Positions 10,517 through 20,615 of a stretch of 64,000 nt of DNA are shown here, one piece after another. A program made the position numbers and the translations under genes. How positions within the stretch are numbered: position 1 is the stretch's first letter; every line of letters starts with the position of its first letter. This DNA is from Bacteroidales bacterium (GTDB lineage: Bacteria; Bacteroidota; Bacteroidia; Bacteroidales; UBA12077): positions 3,664,034 through 3,728,033 of the forward strand of contig OY762280.1 in NCBI GenBank assembly GCA_963665525.1. The letters run 5' to 3'. The notes beneath the pieces were generated by a model that saw nothing but the letters and a program-made list of their open reading frames with translations, was not told where the DNA came from and did no database searches.

Positions 10517-11233
10517 TTATCTATAATCCTTTTCAATTAAATCGATGTATAGTTTTTGAATTGTCTTAATTTTCTCAATCTGCCCCTCGCATATATACAA
10601 TCTAACCACTTCCACAATTCCTTTTTTACGATAAAAAACTCCCTGTGCTGCATCAAAATCCCTATTATCCAGGTTATTCTTGATTTTTTGTGTAAAATCT
10701 TTAAAAATATCCCATGGTAAATCTTTAGGTATTTCTATGTAGAATTTTGAGTCTTCTTCTAAATCATCGTATATACCATCTTCTAATTCATCAATATAAA
10801 AATGCTTGTGGATAACTATTAATCCTGGCGAATCAATCATCTTTTGTTTAGCAAATTTAATCCCATTTTCCTGATACAGGTTTTGCAATTCAGGTAAGAA
10901 AGTAAAGCTTTTTAGATATTTAACCCTAATACATGGATAAGTTGATGTCTTAAAATGAATGTGACCTACTGATGCATTAAAGTCGAACTGAAAATTCTGG
11001 CTGATTTTTTTAGTTATTCTGGCAATCAACTCAAATGAGTATTCTTTCGATAATATTAAAAATAAAGAATTCGGTCTTGATTTTTCTGGTAAATCTACTC
11101 CATGATAATCACGAAAAGGATTCAAACTTTCTAAGACAAAGCTGTTTTTGAGTATGTTATTGTTAACAGTAGTCAGGTTTTGCTCCTTTTTAATGTATCC
11201 TACCGTTTCGATCCATGTTTTATCTTGACACAT
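10517..11233 (-). CDS. Hypothetical cytoplasmic protein
   Basis: 238-aa ORF with normal composition and its own terminator; family not recognised. Confidence 0.75.
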   Translation of the reverse strand: MCQDKTWIETVGYIKKEQNLTTVNNNILKNSFVLESLNPFRDYHGVDLPEKSRPNSLFLILSKEYSFELIARITKKISQNFQFDFNASVGHIHFKTSTYPCIRVKYLKSFTFLPELQNLYQENGIKFAKQKMIDSPGLIVIHKHFYIDELEDGIYDDLEEDSKFYIEIPKDLPWDIFKDFTQKIKNNLDNRDFDAAQGVFYRKKGIVEVVRLYICEGQIEKIKTIQKLYIDLIEKDYR

Positions 11234-11398
11234 AATACATTTTTTTGATAAGTTATTAAATAGCTAGATTAAAGTCAAATCTGTAAATGTGCTGGTGTTA
11301 AAATATTTTATAATAAACAATGTGTATGATATTATAGTTCATACTTTAGATTTAAATCATCTAAAAAAATTTAACTTTGTGCAGAAATTAAAATTCTT

Positions 11399-12658
11399 GT
11401 GATGAAAAGAAATGATTTTGAAATAATGGCTCCTGTTGGTTCATATGAATCACTCATGGCAGCTATTCAAGGAGGGGCTGATGCTGTTTATTTTGGGATA
11501 GAAAAAATGAATATGCGTGCGCATTCATCCAACAATTTTACCTTCGAAGATTTAAAAAAAATTGTAAGTGTTTGTGGCGAACATCATATTAAAACTTACT
11601 TAACTGTAAATACAGTCATATATGACAAAGAGCTTCCCTTAATGCAAGAAATTGTTAATGCAGCTAAAGACAACAAAGTAACCGCAATCATTGCATCCGA
11701 CATTTCTGTTATTAACTATGCTCGAAGCATAGGAGTCGAAGTGCATATTTCTACTCAACTTAACGTAAGCAATATTGAAAGTTTAAAGTTTTACTCTCAA
11801 TTTGCTGATGTAATTGTTTTAGCAAGAGAACTTAATCTTGATCAAGTTTCTGAAATTAGCAAAAAGATTAAAAAAGAAAATATTACAGGTCCTTCGGGCA
11901 AACTGGTTAAAATTGAAATGTTTGTTCATGGTGCTTTATGTATGGCTATTTCAGGAAAATGTTACTTAAGTTTACATGAGAAGAACTATTCGGCTAATCG
12001 AGGTGCTTGTCTGCAAACTTGTAGAAAAGCATATACTGTTACTGAAAAAGAATCAGGGAATCAACTTGATATAGATAATGAATACATCATGTCGCCCAAA
12101 GACTTAAGCACAATAAAGTTTTTAAATAAAGTGCTCGACTCTGGTGTTACTGTACTTAAAATCGAAGGTCGGGCCCGCCCACCAGAATATGTAAAAACAG
12201 TATCTGAATGTTACAATGAAGCTATTCATGCATATCTGGAAGGGACCTTTAATGAAGAAAAAATTGATCGTTGGACAGAAAGACTCTCCACTGTGTTTAA
12301 TCGTGGATTTTGGGATGGATATTATTTAGGGCAAAAACTAGGAGAATGGAGCCACAAGTATGGTTCTCGTGCTACAAAAAGAAAACTTTATATCGGCAAA
12401 ACCACCAATTACTTTACAAAAATTAAAGTTGCTGAGTTTTTAATTGAAACCTATGACCTTAAAGTAGGTGACGAAATTCTAGTTATAGGTCCAACAACAG
12501 GAGTTGTTCAACTAAGCGTTCCGGAAATAAGAGTTGACTTAAAAAACACAGAAATTGCAGAAAAAGGCATGCGCTGTTCTGTGCCCATTGAAACTTTAAT
12601 TAGAAGATCAGATAAAGTTTATAAAATAGTTGATTCAGATAAAGTTAAACAACAATAG
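11399..12658 (+). CDS. U32-family protein (TrhP/PrtC-like, probable tRNA hydroxylase)
   Basis: EIMAPVGS..GADAVYFG, HGALCMAISGKCYLS..NRGACLQTCR Fe-S Cys motif, LKIEGR, C-terminal beta-barrel. Confidence 0.92.
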   Translation: MMKRNDFEIMAPVGSYESLMAAIQGGADAVYFGIEKMNMRAHSSNNFTFEDLKKIVSVCGEHHIKTYLTVNTVIYDKELPLMQEIVNAAKDNKVTAIIASDISVINYARSIGVEVHISTQLNVSNIESLKFYSQFADVIVLARELNLDQVSEISKKIKKENITGPSGKLVKIEMFVHGALCMAISGKCYLSLHEKNYSANRGACLQTCRKAYTVTEKESGNQLDIDNEYIMSPKDLSTIKFLNKVLDSGVTVLKIEGRARPPEYVKTVSECYNEAIHAYLEGTFNEEKIDRWTERLSTVFNRGFWDGYYLGQKLGEWSHKYGSRATKRKLYIGKTTNYFTKIKVAEFLIETYDLKVGDEILVIGPTTGVVQLSVPEIRVDLKNTEIAEKGMRCSVPIETLIRRSDKVYKIVDSDKVKQQ

Positions 12659-12660
12659 TT

Positions 12661-13077
12661 TTATACTGCCTGAGCGTATTCTTTACCTTTAAACCATTCT
12701 ATTGCTTTTTCTTCTGAATTAAACATTTTTAATGGTAATCCAAATTTATTGGAAACCTTTATGATCATGTTCAAATAATATTTTTTGAAAACATTTCCGT
12801 CAAATATAACAGCTGCGCGTTTTAATCCTGCATCTATTGCTTGAGGAAGCATCTCTGTTTCGAACCACTTCCTATTTTCAGGGGAAACAACTCCCTGATC
12901 TCTAATGTCTGATAAAAAGTTGTCGGCAGGGTTGTTTTTTGCATGATTGAGCATAATCAAAAAAGCATACTGGTATTCTTCTGTAGAAGTCTTACGCTTC
13001 CAAACTATTTTCCCTAATTTCAAATCTGAATCATAAGAAACTTCGGCATAATCCGTGTTAAGTAAAAGTTCTTTCAT
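12661..13077 (-). CDS. STAS/SEC14 (SpoIIAA-like) domain protein
   Basis: LSDIRDQGVVSPENRKWF..LPQAIDAGLKRAAVI..FNSEEKAIEWF pattern. Confidence 0.75.
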   Translation of the reverse strand: MKELLLNTDYAEVSYDSDLKLGKIVWKRKTSTEEYQYAFLIMLNHAKNNPADNFLSDIRDQGVVSPENRKWFETEMLPQAIDAGLKRAAVIFDGNVFKKYYLNMIIKVSNKFGLPLKMFNSEEKAIEWFKGKEYAQAV

Positions 13078-13289
13078 AACAGGAGGGTTTTAGTTTGATA
13101 GTTTGTCTAATACTTTACGGTAATTTTTTACCTAAGGTTTTGCCATATTTGTTTTTTTTATAACTTGCATCTATAAACAATCTGATTTGATAAATGTTTA
13201 TGAATATCTATTTTCTAGTAAAATTTTAAAACAACTTCAATAATTTTAAAAATTTAATTTGAATTTTTTAACACAAATTTTTATTAAAA

Positions 13290-13487
13290 ATGAAATCAAG
13301 TAAGAATTTTCAAAAGACGAAGAAAACAAGATCTTTTGATAATGAAAGAGAGCCTAGAATAAAAAAGGTTGGAAATACTAATAAAAAACAAAAGAACTAC
13401 AAGAAAGAAATCTATCATGAGATCGACGAAGATGAAGAACTGGATCTTTTTGGTAAAAAAGATGATATATTAGATGATGAAGAATAA
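13290..13487 (+). CDS. Small bipolar (basic N-half, acidic C-tail) protein
   Basis: 65-aa ORF with an A-rich start context (TTAAAAATG), followed by a terminator. Confidence 0.6.
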   Translation: MKSSKNFQKTKKTRSFDNEREPRIKKVGNTNKKQKNYKKEIYHEIDEDEELDLFGKKDDILDDEE

Positions 13488-13502
13488 AAATAAAATTTCC
13501 AT

Positions 13503-13532
13503 AAAAAAGGGCTGAAGTATCAGCCCTTTTTT
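13503..13532. terminator. Bidirectional intrinsic terminator
   Basis: AAAAAAGGGCTGA-AGTA-TCAGCCCTTTTTT between convergent genes. Confidence 0.88.
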
Positions 13533-13533
13533 A

Positions 13534-14220
13534 TTATTTCTCATCCCATTTGGTGATTTTACCTCCTAAAGTTGTCTTTAAAGATTCTTCTTCTGGTAAT
13601 CCAAAGAAACTTAAATTCGCTCCTGTATTAACATTCGCTTCAATTTTTTTATTTGCAATAATTTCTGCTTTCCCCCCAGTGTTCATTTTAATAAATACTT
13701 CATCACAAGAAAAATTTGAGGCAGAAAGCGTTCCTCCTGTATTGATATATGACTCTTGTAATTTACATTTCCCTTCAACATCAATATATGCTCCTTGATA
13801 AGCTTTTAATTCAATAGCATTTAAATCAACTTTCATTAATATTTTCCCACCACTCGTTGCCTCTGCAAATATTTTATCTCCATTAATCATTTCTTTAATA
13901 GATATTTCTGCCGAAGCATTTGAATTAATTTCTCTAATCTCTGTATAAACCACCTTAATTTTAACCTTTACATCATCATCAAATAAATTAGATGTCATTT
14001 TGATTTTAAGAAGTTTATCATCTACTTCAGTTACAACATCGGAAGGATCAACATGATAAGCTTTAATTTCTAATGATTCTTTATTACCTAACTTCATTTC
14101 AACTTCAATATTTCCTGTAACCTCAATTTTGTCGAATGAGTTAATGTCTCTTTTTTCTATTTTCTGAGCATTCACACTAATAATGCTAAACAAAAAAACT
14201 GTAGTTAAAAAATATCTCAT
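13534..14220 (-). CDS. Head GIN-domain / DUF2807-like beta-helix secreted protein
   Basis: Likely start MRYFLTTVFLFSIISVNAQ (signal peptide); FDKIEVTGNIEV; ATSGG/NTGG repeats. Confidence 0.8.
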   Translation of the reverse strand: MRYFLTTVFLFSIISVNAQKIEKRDINSFDKIEVTGNIEVEMKLGNKESLEIKAYHVDPSDVVTEVDDKLLKIKMTSNLFDDDVKVKIKVVYTEIREINSNASAEISIKEMINGDKIFAEATSGGKILMKVDLNAIELKAYQGAYIDVEGKCKLQESYINTGGTLSASNFSCDEVFIKMNTGGKAEIIANKKIEANVNTGANLSFFGLPEEESLKTTLGGKITKWDEK

Positions 14221-14298
14221 AATTGTCAATTTTATAGTCAATAAAAAATAAAGGAACAAAAACTGCTCCTTTATAAAAACTTATTCGTGCATAAAATA

Positions 14299-14982
14299 TT
14301 ATAAAATCTTCTTTATATTTTCTGTTACTATATGTCCATCGAATAATTGAACAATTCGGTGCGCATATTCTGCATCAGAAGGAGAGTGAGTAACCATTAC
14401 AATGGTTGTTCCTTCTTTATTTAATTCAGACAATAATTTCATCACTTCTTCTCCATTTGCAGAATCCAGGTTACCTGTAGGCTCATCGGCTAATATTAGC
14501 TTTGGATTTGCTACAACAGCACGGGCAATGGCTACTCTTTGCTGCTGACCTCCGGACAACTGCTGTGGGAAGTGTTTTTTTCGATGAGCAATCTTCATCC
14601 TATCCAAAACAGCTTCTACTTTTTTCTTTCTTTCTGATGCCGATTCTTTTAAATATAATAATGGTAATTCGACATTTTCATAGACGGAAAGTTCATCAAT
14701 TAAATTAAAACTCTGAAAAACAAAACCAACATTCGCTTTTCGTAGTTCAGTTCTTTGCTTTTCTTTAAATTTTGAAACCTCTGTTCCATCAAAATATAAT
14801 TGTCCATCAGATGGATTGTCAAGTAATCCAACAATATTTAGCAAGGTAGATTTTCCACATCCAGAAGGGCCCATTACCGCTACAAACTCTCCTTTTTGTA
14901 CTTCCAGGTCTACTTTATTTAAAGCAGTTGTTTCAATTTCGTCAGTCTTAAATATTTTTACTAACTGGTTTGTTTTAAGCAT
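14299..14982 (-). CDS. ABC transporter ATP-binding protein (MacB/LolD type)
   Basis: GPSGCGKST, LSGGQQQRVAIARA, ADEPTGNLD, VTH. Confidence 0.95.
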   Translation of the reverse strand: MLKTNQLVKIFKTDEIETTALNKVDLEVQKGEFVAVMGPSGCGKSTLLNIVGLLDNPSDGQLYFDGTEVSKFKEKQRTELRKANVGFVFQSFNLIDELSVYENVELPLLYLKESASERKKKVEAVLDRMKIAHRKKHFPQQLSGGQQQRVAIARAVVANPKLILADEPTGNLDSANGEEVMKLLSELNKEGTTIVMVTHSPSDAEYAHRIVQLFDGHIVTENIKKIL

Positions 14983-15005
14983 TTTATTATAGTTTTTAGT
15001 TTAAT

Positions 15006-17426
15006 TTATTCGTATCGTAATGTTTCTGCAGGATTTTTCAGTGCTGCTTTTACCGTTTGATATATTACTGTTAATAATGATAATATAATTGTTAAGATCG
15101 GAATTAGGATAAACATCAGGTAATTAATTCCAACCCGATATGAGAAATCCTCAAGCCAATTATTCATAAGCCAATAAGCAATTGGCCATGCTAAAACAGA
15201 AGCAAAAACAATTAACTTAAATATTTCTTTACTAATAATATATACAATATTAGCAGATGTTGATCCAAAGGTTTTTCGTATACCAATCTCTTTTTTTCTT
15301 TGTTGAGTTATAAAAGAAATTAGACCTAACAATCCTAAAAAGGCTATTAATATTGAAAGTGCAGAAAATAATATAAAGATATTGTTGGTTCTTTGCTCTG
15401 CTTGATAAAGCTCATTTAAATGATCGTCGAAAAAGAAATATTCGAAAGGATAACCCGTTTCAAAACTTTCCCAAACTCCCTGAATTTGTGATATTGCCCC
15501 ATTAACATTTTCAGAATTTAACCTTACACAAACTACTCCTTCCCAATTTCCAGGCATTAAAGTAAATGCTGCAGGTTCTATTGTAGTATGTAATGATTTA
15601 AAATTAAAATCTTTTACAACTCCAATTACCGGTCTTTTCAAAAACTCATTCCCTCTCCATGGTGATAGGATAATTTTACCAAGAGGATCTTCCAAACCTA
15701 ATGATTTTACTGCAGCTTCATTAATAATAATTCCATTAGAGTCTGTTGGAAACTCTTTGGAAAAGAATCGACCTTCGACCAACTCATATCCAAATGTTTT
15801 TCCAAAATCGTAACTTACCCATGACTGATTTAATAAATACGTATTACTTGTTGATTCTCCTTCTAAGAAAAATGCATTATTTGAAAAATTAACCCCAGGA
15901 TAAGAACTGGCATTGGTTACATTTTCTACAACAGGTAAGTTTCTTAATTCTGCCTTAAAAGCCTCCATTTTAGTTCTTAAGGCATCGGACCTTCTAATCA
16001 TTAACATGTTCTCTCTTTCAAATCCTAAGTCCTTATTAAGCATATATTTTAACTGACTTGAAACAGTATAAGTGGATAGTAGAATAAATACAGAAACTAC
16101 AAACTGGGTAACAACTAAGACAGATCTAAGCGTACCACTTTTTGCACCTAGTTTTAATTTCCCCTTTAATACGGCAACTGGTCTAAATGAAGCAAGAAAA
16201 AAAGCGGGATAGCTGCCTGCCATTAAACTCACTAAAAGTATTAATCCAAATAGCATAGGAACAATATACCAACAACCAAAATAACTCATTTGTAAAGGTA
16301 TCTGAACCACATTATTTAATATCGGCATAAACAATTCTAAAAGCACTATTGCAACACCCAGAGATACTAATGTTATAATAAAAGATTCTGTTAAAAACTG
16401 TACAACTAATTGTTCTTTCATTGCCCCAACAACCTTTCTAATACCTACTTCTTTTGATCGGTTGGCAGCTCTGGCCGTAGACAAATTAGTAAAGTTTATA
16501 CTAGCAATAACTAAAATAAAAATGGCAATCGAAATAAAAATATATACATATAAAATATTTCCATTGGTTTCAATTTCGTACTGTAAATCAGAATGCAAAT
16601 GAATATCTAAAAGTGGCTGAATAAAATAACTAAATGAATTTCCCGATGCAGCAAATTCATCCATCTTAATTCCTAATGCTTGTTCAATCTGAGGACCAAC
16701 ATATTTCTCAACCATTCCTTGCATTTTTAACTCAAACTGAGAAGCAGAAGTACCTTCTTTTAATAAGATGTAAGTATAAAAATTATGCGATACCCAAAAT
16801 GTATTTTGACTTGCTCTTAGTGTAACTAGAGATCCTAAGAGATCAAAATGAAAATGTGAATTTTCAGGTGGATCCTCCATCAGCCCGGTTACTTTATACA
16901 ATACTGTATCACTTTCTACTTTTAATAATTTACCCACAGGGTTTTCATTGCCAAAATATTTTTTAGCCCCCGTTTGTGTCATAACAACACTTCGGGGTTC
17001 TGTTAATACCGTTTTTGGATTTCCTTCTAATAGTTTAAATGAGAAGATATCGAAGAAAGTAGAATCTGCAAAAAGAAACTTCTTCTCGTTAAACTTTTTA
17101 TCTTCATAACGAATAAGCCAATCACCGGATTCTTTTACCCGGCAAGCATTCATGACTTCAGGATAATCTCGAATCATAGCCTCAGCCATCGGTGCTGAAG
17201 TAACCGCCTGATTGATTTCATTGTTCATCATCATACCATATACCCCAACGCGATATATTTGATCAGCCTTATCGTGAAGTTTATCGTATCCAAGTTCAAA
17301 TTGAACAAACAGTGCTATATAAATAATAGCAGCTAATCCCGTAGAAAGCCCCAGAATATTAATAATAGAATAAGTCCAGTTCTTAAAAACATTTCGAAAA
17401 GCAGTTAAAAAGAAATTTTTAATCAT
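15006..17426 (-). CDS. MacB/FtsX-like ABC permease (duplicated, 8-TM type)
   Basis: MIKNFFLTAFRN..INILGLSTG; RSKEVGIRKVVGA and RKKEIGIRKTFG; ends NPAETLRYE. Confidence 0.93.
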   Translation of the reverse strand: MIKNFFLTAFRNVFKNWTYSIINILGLSTGLAAIIYIALFVQFELGYDKLHDKADQIYRVGVYGMMMNNEINQAVTSAPMAEAMIRDYPEVMNACRVKESGDWLIRYEDKKFNEKKFLFADSTFFDIFSFKLLEGNPKTVLTEPRSVVMTQTGAKKYFGNENPVGKLLKVESDTVLYKVTGLMEDPPENSHFHFDLLGSLVTLRASQNTFWVSHNFYTYILLKEGTSASQFELKMQGMVEKYVGPQIEQALGIKMDEFAASGNSFSYFIQPLLDIHLHSDLQYEIETNGNILYVYIFISIAIFILVIASINFTNLSTARAANRSKEVGIRKVVGAMKEQLVVQFLTESFIITLVSLGVAIVLLELFMPILNNVVQIPLQMSYFGCWYIVPMLFGLILLVSLMAGSYPAFFLASFRPVAVLKGKLKLGAKSGTLRSVLVVTQFVVSVFILLSTYTVSSQLKYMLNKDLGFERENMLMIRRSDALRTKMEAFKAELRNLPVVENVTNASSYPGVNFSNNAFFLEGESTSNTYLLNQSWVSYDFGKTFGYELVEGRFFSKEFPTDSNGIIINEAAVKSLGLEDPLGKIILSPWRGNEFLKRPVIGVVKDFNFKSLHTTIEPAAFTLMPGNWEGVVCVRLNSENVNGAISQIQGVWESFETGYPFEYFFFDDHLNELYQAEQRTNNIFILFSALSILIAFLGLLGLISFITQQRKKEIGIRKTFGSTSANIVYIISKEIFKLIVFASVLAWPIAYWLMNNWLEDFSYRVGINYLMFILIPILTIILSLLTVIYQTVKAALKNPAETLRYE

Positions 17427-17453
17427 TATAGGCTAAATTTAGGTTTTAGGTGT

Positions 17454-17480
17454 GACGCTCAAATGAATTGAAAAGTTACA
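17454..17480 (-). promoter_or_regulatory. ECF-type promoter TGTAAC-N17-CGTC upstream of the ABC permease/ATPase/GIN unit
   Basis: Minus strand TGTAAC ttttcaattcatttgag CGTC; the same motif occurs at three other sites. Confidence 0.7.
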
Positions 17481-17530
17481 GCAACATCCTTGATTTCCAA
17501 TAAAAGACGAAAAAGCTTTTAAATTGATGC

Positions 17531-17559
17531 AAAAAAAGCTGCTTAAAAATTAAGCAGCT
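17531..17559 (-). terminator. Intrinsic terminator after pepE
   Basis: AGCTGCTTAA-AAA-TTAAGCAGCT with a 7-U tail on the minus strand. Confidence 0.8.
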
Positions 17560-17584
17560 CTATCTTATATTTAAATTACTGATT

Positions 17585-18298
17585 CTATTCAAATAAAAAA
17601 TCGAAGTCGTCTCCGGCAGCAAGTTCTCTAGGCTCTTCACCATTTTTAAATATTCTGGCAGATCGAGGTCCTATTAATTCAACTTCAGCATTGTCAACTT
17701 TTAACATGGTTCCTTCGCGTAAACCAACTACATAAGTATAAGGATTAGCAACCAAAAATTCTTCGATTCGTTGTTCACGAGTTTCTCCGGCATGTCCATC
17801 AGGGTTTGCATCTAAATAGTGCGGATTAATCTGAAATCTAACCAAATTCGTAGCGTGGAAGCTATCCGGCTCAACAATTGGCATATCATTGGTAGTACAA
17901 ATAGTTGGACAAGCAACATTTGAACCTGCACTCCAACCAATATAAGGTTTCCCCTTTAAGCATTCGTAACGTATAGTTTCAAGAAGATCTTGCTGTTGCA
18001 TTAATTTTAATAAATGGAACGTGTTACCACCACCAACAACAATTGCTTCTGCATCTTTTAAAGCTTGTTTTTTCTCATTTGGATTGTAGTGATGAATTGA
18101 ATCAACTTCGTAACCTAATTCTGAAAATCTTTCCTGAACTTTTTGTTGATATTCATCAAAAGAAAAGGTAACAGCAGCATAAGGAATAAATAATACCTTT
18201 TTTACATTTTCACCTAAGAATTTTTTTATCTCATGCTTCGGATAATCAAGGTAAGCCTCTCCTGCATTTGTCGAATTGCTAATTAAAAGTAGTCTCAT
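17585..18298 (-). CDS. pepE: Dipeptidase E (peptidase S51)
   Basis: MRLLLISNST, VGGGNTF, GWSAG, FQINPHY, GHAGETREQRIEEF, GLREG. Confidence 0.95.
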   Translation of the reverse strand: MRLLLISNSTNAGEAYLDYPKHEIKKFLGENVKKVLFIPYAAVTFSFDEYQQKVQERFSELGYEVDSIHHYNPNEKKQALKDAEAIVVGGGNTFHLLKLMQQQDLLETIRYECLKGKPYIGWSAGSNVACPTICTTNDMPIVEPDSFHATNLVRFQINPHYLDANPDGHAGETREQRIEEFLVANPYTYVVGLREGTMLKVDNAEVELIGPRSARIFKNGEEPRELAAGDDFDFLFE

Positions 18299-18359
18299 GT
18301 TAATATGTTTTACTGTTATTAATTCTTTTTAAGAGGATAAAGATATAATAAATCTATCA

Positions 18360-20408
18360 TTAAACCTTTATTCCCATTACTAAAACATCATCAATCTGCT
18401 CCTTATCTCCTTTCCAGTTATCAAATTCCGTTTCTAAAATTCTTTTCTGTTCACTCATTGATTTATCTCTCATTGAAATCAGCATTTCTTTAAATGGAGT
18501 AATTTTAAATTTAGCAGTATTTGGTCCGCCAAACTGATCAATATAACCATCTGTAAATATATATATCATATCTCCTTTTAGAATATCAATTTCATGATTT
18601 GTAAATGATTCCTTTTCTAAGATATGTATTCCTATTGGCATTCTATCTGCCTTAAGCGATATGAGTTCATTGTTTCGTATTAAATAAAGCGGATTATATG
18701 CCCCGGCATATTGAAGTTTATTCTCTTTTGGATCGATAATACATAATGCGATATCCATTCCGTCTTTTGCTTCATTTTCTTTTCCTGTTTGATGAAGCGA
18801 CAGCTTAACATTATCTCTTAACTGATTTAATATTTCGTTTGCTCTTAATTCTGTTTCTTTATTTACAATTTCATTTAAAAAAGCAAAACCAAGCATGCTC
18901 ATAAATGCTCCCGGTACACCATGACCTGTACAATCAACTACTGCTACAATGGTTTTCCCTTCTTTATGAGTAATCCAATAAAAATCACCACTCACGATAT
19001 CTCGTGGTTTGTAAAAAATAAAATGATCAGGAATTACTGTAGCAATATAATCAACTGGAGGTAAGATAGCCGTTTGTATTCTACTCGCATATTCGATACT
19101 ATCTGTTATTTGTCTTTTTTGATATGCTAATAATACATTTGCTTTACGGATTTTTTTGTTTTGAGAAAATAGAACCAATAGAAATAAAAATATAGCAACA
19201 AATCCTACTAAGAGTGTAAGAGAAAAATTTCTCTGCTTCTTGATGGTTAAATCTTTAATAATTTGCTCATTTTCCAGGTTCTTTATTTGCTGTTCTTTTT
19301 TCTTGGTTTCATATTTAGTTTCAAGTTCTTTGATCTGTTTTGATTTTTCTGCATTAAATATAGAGTCGTTTAAAGCATGAGCAACCTCAGCATACTCCAG
19401 TGCACTCTTATAGTCCAGCTCTTCTTTGTAAATCTGATAGAGTAGATCATAAAAATCACTTAAGTCATCCAAAGCATTGATTTCCTGTGCTAATATTATT
19501 CCTTTATTGCAATATTGTTTGGCTGCATTAAAATTGTCTCTTCCAAAATACAAAGCAGCTATTGAAAAATATGTGGCTACCTGTTCTCCTTTTTCCCCAA
19601 GTTCTTCTTCTAATTTTAGAATTTTAAAGTATGTGTTTAGTGCTTTTTCTTTTTGTCCAATGATACTATGAATCTCTGCTAAATTCGACAAAGCCATTAA
19701 TTGTCTTCGAAGATTTCCCAGCTCAAGATACATTTGATAAGCTTTTTCGAAATAATTTCGAACATTATCATAATCCTCCAGATAATAATTCACAATGGCC
19801 ATATTATTATATAAAAGAGCAATTCCTTCTTTATCATCTATTTGAGATCTTATTTCAAGCGATTTTTTATAAAGTTCCAGGCTTTTTTCATAATCTTCAT
19901 GCCTAGAATACAACAACCCTAAGTTTAAATATGTCTTTGCAACTCCAATGGTATCACCCAGGTTTTCATATACATTGAGCGCTTTCATGAAATTACTCAT
20001 GGCCTCATCGTATTTCCCCATTTTATCGTATGCCGCTCCCTGATTTAAATATGCCGTTGCTGTTCCTTTATAAAAGCCTTTCTCCTCACAAATAAACATT
20101 GCTTTTTTCATAATGTCAATGGATTTCTCGTATTCTCCGGTAATTATGTAAAACTTGCCTATTCTGTTAAGAACTTCAACTTTTAATGCAACATCTTCTG
20201 AATTTTCAACAATTTTTAAAGCTTGTTCTAAATATTGTTTTCCTTCCACAATTTTCCCTTTTTCGTAGTTTTCATAAATTTCAATGAGAAGCTTCACTTT
20301 TGTGGAGTCGCCCGATTGGTTTACTAAACTTTTTAAACTATCGATGTTTGTTGTTTGAGAAAACAGTACACCTGGAAATAGGAGTAGGATAAATAAAATG
20401 GTCCGCAT
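18360..20408 (-). CDS. TPR-sensor / SpoIIE (PP2C) Ser/Thr phosphatase
   Basis: Signal peptide (likely start MRTILF), TPR repeats, TM, IVSGDFYW, DCTGHGVPGAFMS, DGMD, DGYIDQFGG, QIDD. Confidence 0.9.
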   Translation of the reverse strand: MRTILFILLLFPGVLFSQTTNIDSLKSLVNQSGDSTKVKLLIEIYENYEKGKIVEGKQYLEQALKIVENSEDVALKVEVLNRIGKFYIITGEYEKSIDIMKKAMFICEEKGFYKGTATAYLNQGAAYDKMGKYDEAMSNFMKALNVYENLGDTIGVAKTYLNLGLLYSRHEDYEKSLELYKKSLEIRSQIDDKEGIALLYNNMAIVNYYLEDYDNVRNYFEKAYQMYLELGNLRRQLMALSNLAEIHSIIGQKEKALNTYFKILKLEEELGEKGEQVATYFSIAALYFGRDNFNAAKQYCNKGIILAQEINALDDLSDFYDLLYQIYKEELDYKSALEYAEVAHALNDSIFNAEKSKQIKELETKYETKKKEQQIKNLENEQIIKDLTIKKQRNFSLTLLVGFVAIFLFLLVLFSQNKKIRKANVLLAYQKRQITDSIEYASRIQTAILPPVDYIATVIPDHFIFYKPRDIVSGDFYWITHKEGKTIVAVVDCTGHGVPGAFMSMLGFAFLNEIVNKETELRANEILNQLRDNVKLSLHQTGKENEAKDGMDIALCIIDPKENKLQYAGAYNPLYLIRNNELISLKADRMPIGIHILEKESFTNHEIDILKGDMIYIFTDGYIDQFGGPNTAKFKITPFKEMLISMRDKSMSEQKRILETEFDNWKGDKEQIDDVLVMGIKV

Positions 20409-20565
20409 AATTTCTAAAAAAAGATTTTTGAGTTTTAAATTTAACACTATCCTACGTATTATCTTAATATTTGTTTTCTAATTTATTTTAATAAGTAATA
20501 ATTATTAAATATTTACTTATAGTAACTAATTATTTATTTCTGTTCTCCAAATTATTATATAAAAT

Positions 20566-20594
20566 AAAAAAACGACCATTTTTTGTGGTCGTTT
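20566..20594 (-). terminator. Intrinsic terminator of the sigma/anti-sigma/barrel unit
   Basis: AAACGACCA-loop-TGGTCGTTT with a U-tract on the minus strand. Confidence 0.75.
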
Positions 20595-20615
20595 AATCTA
20601 TATCTTAAATAAATA

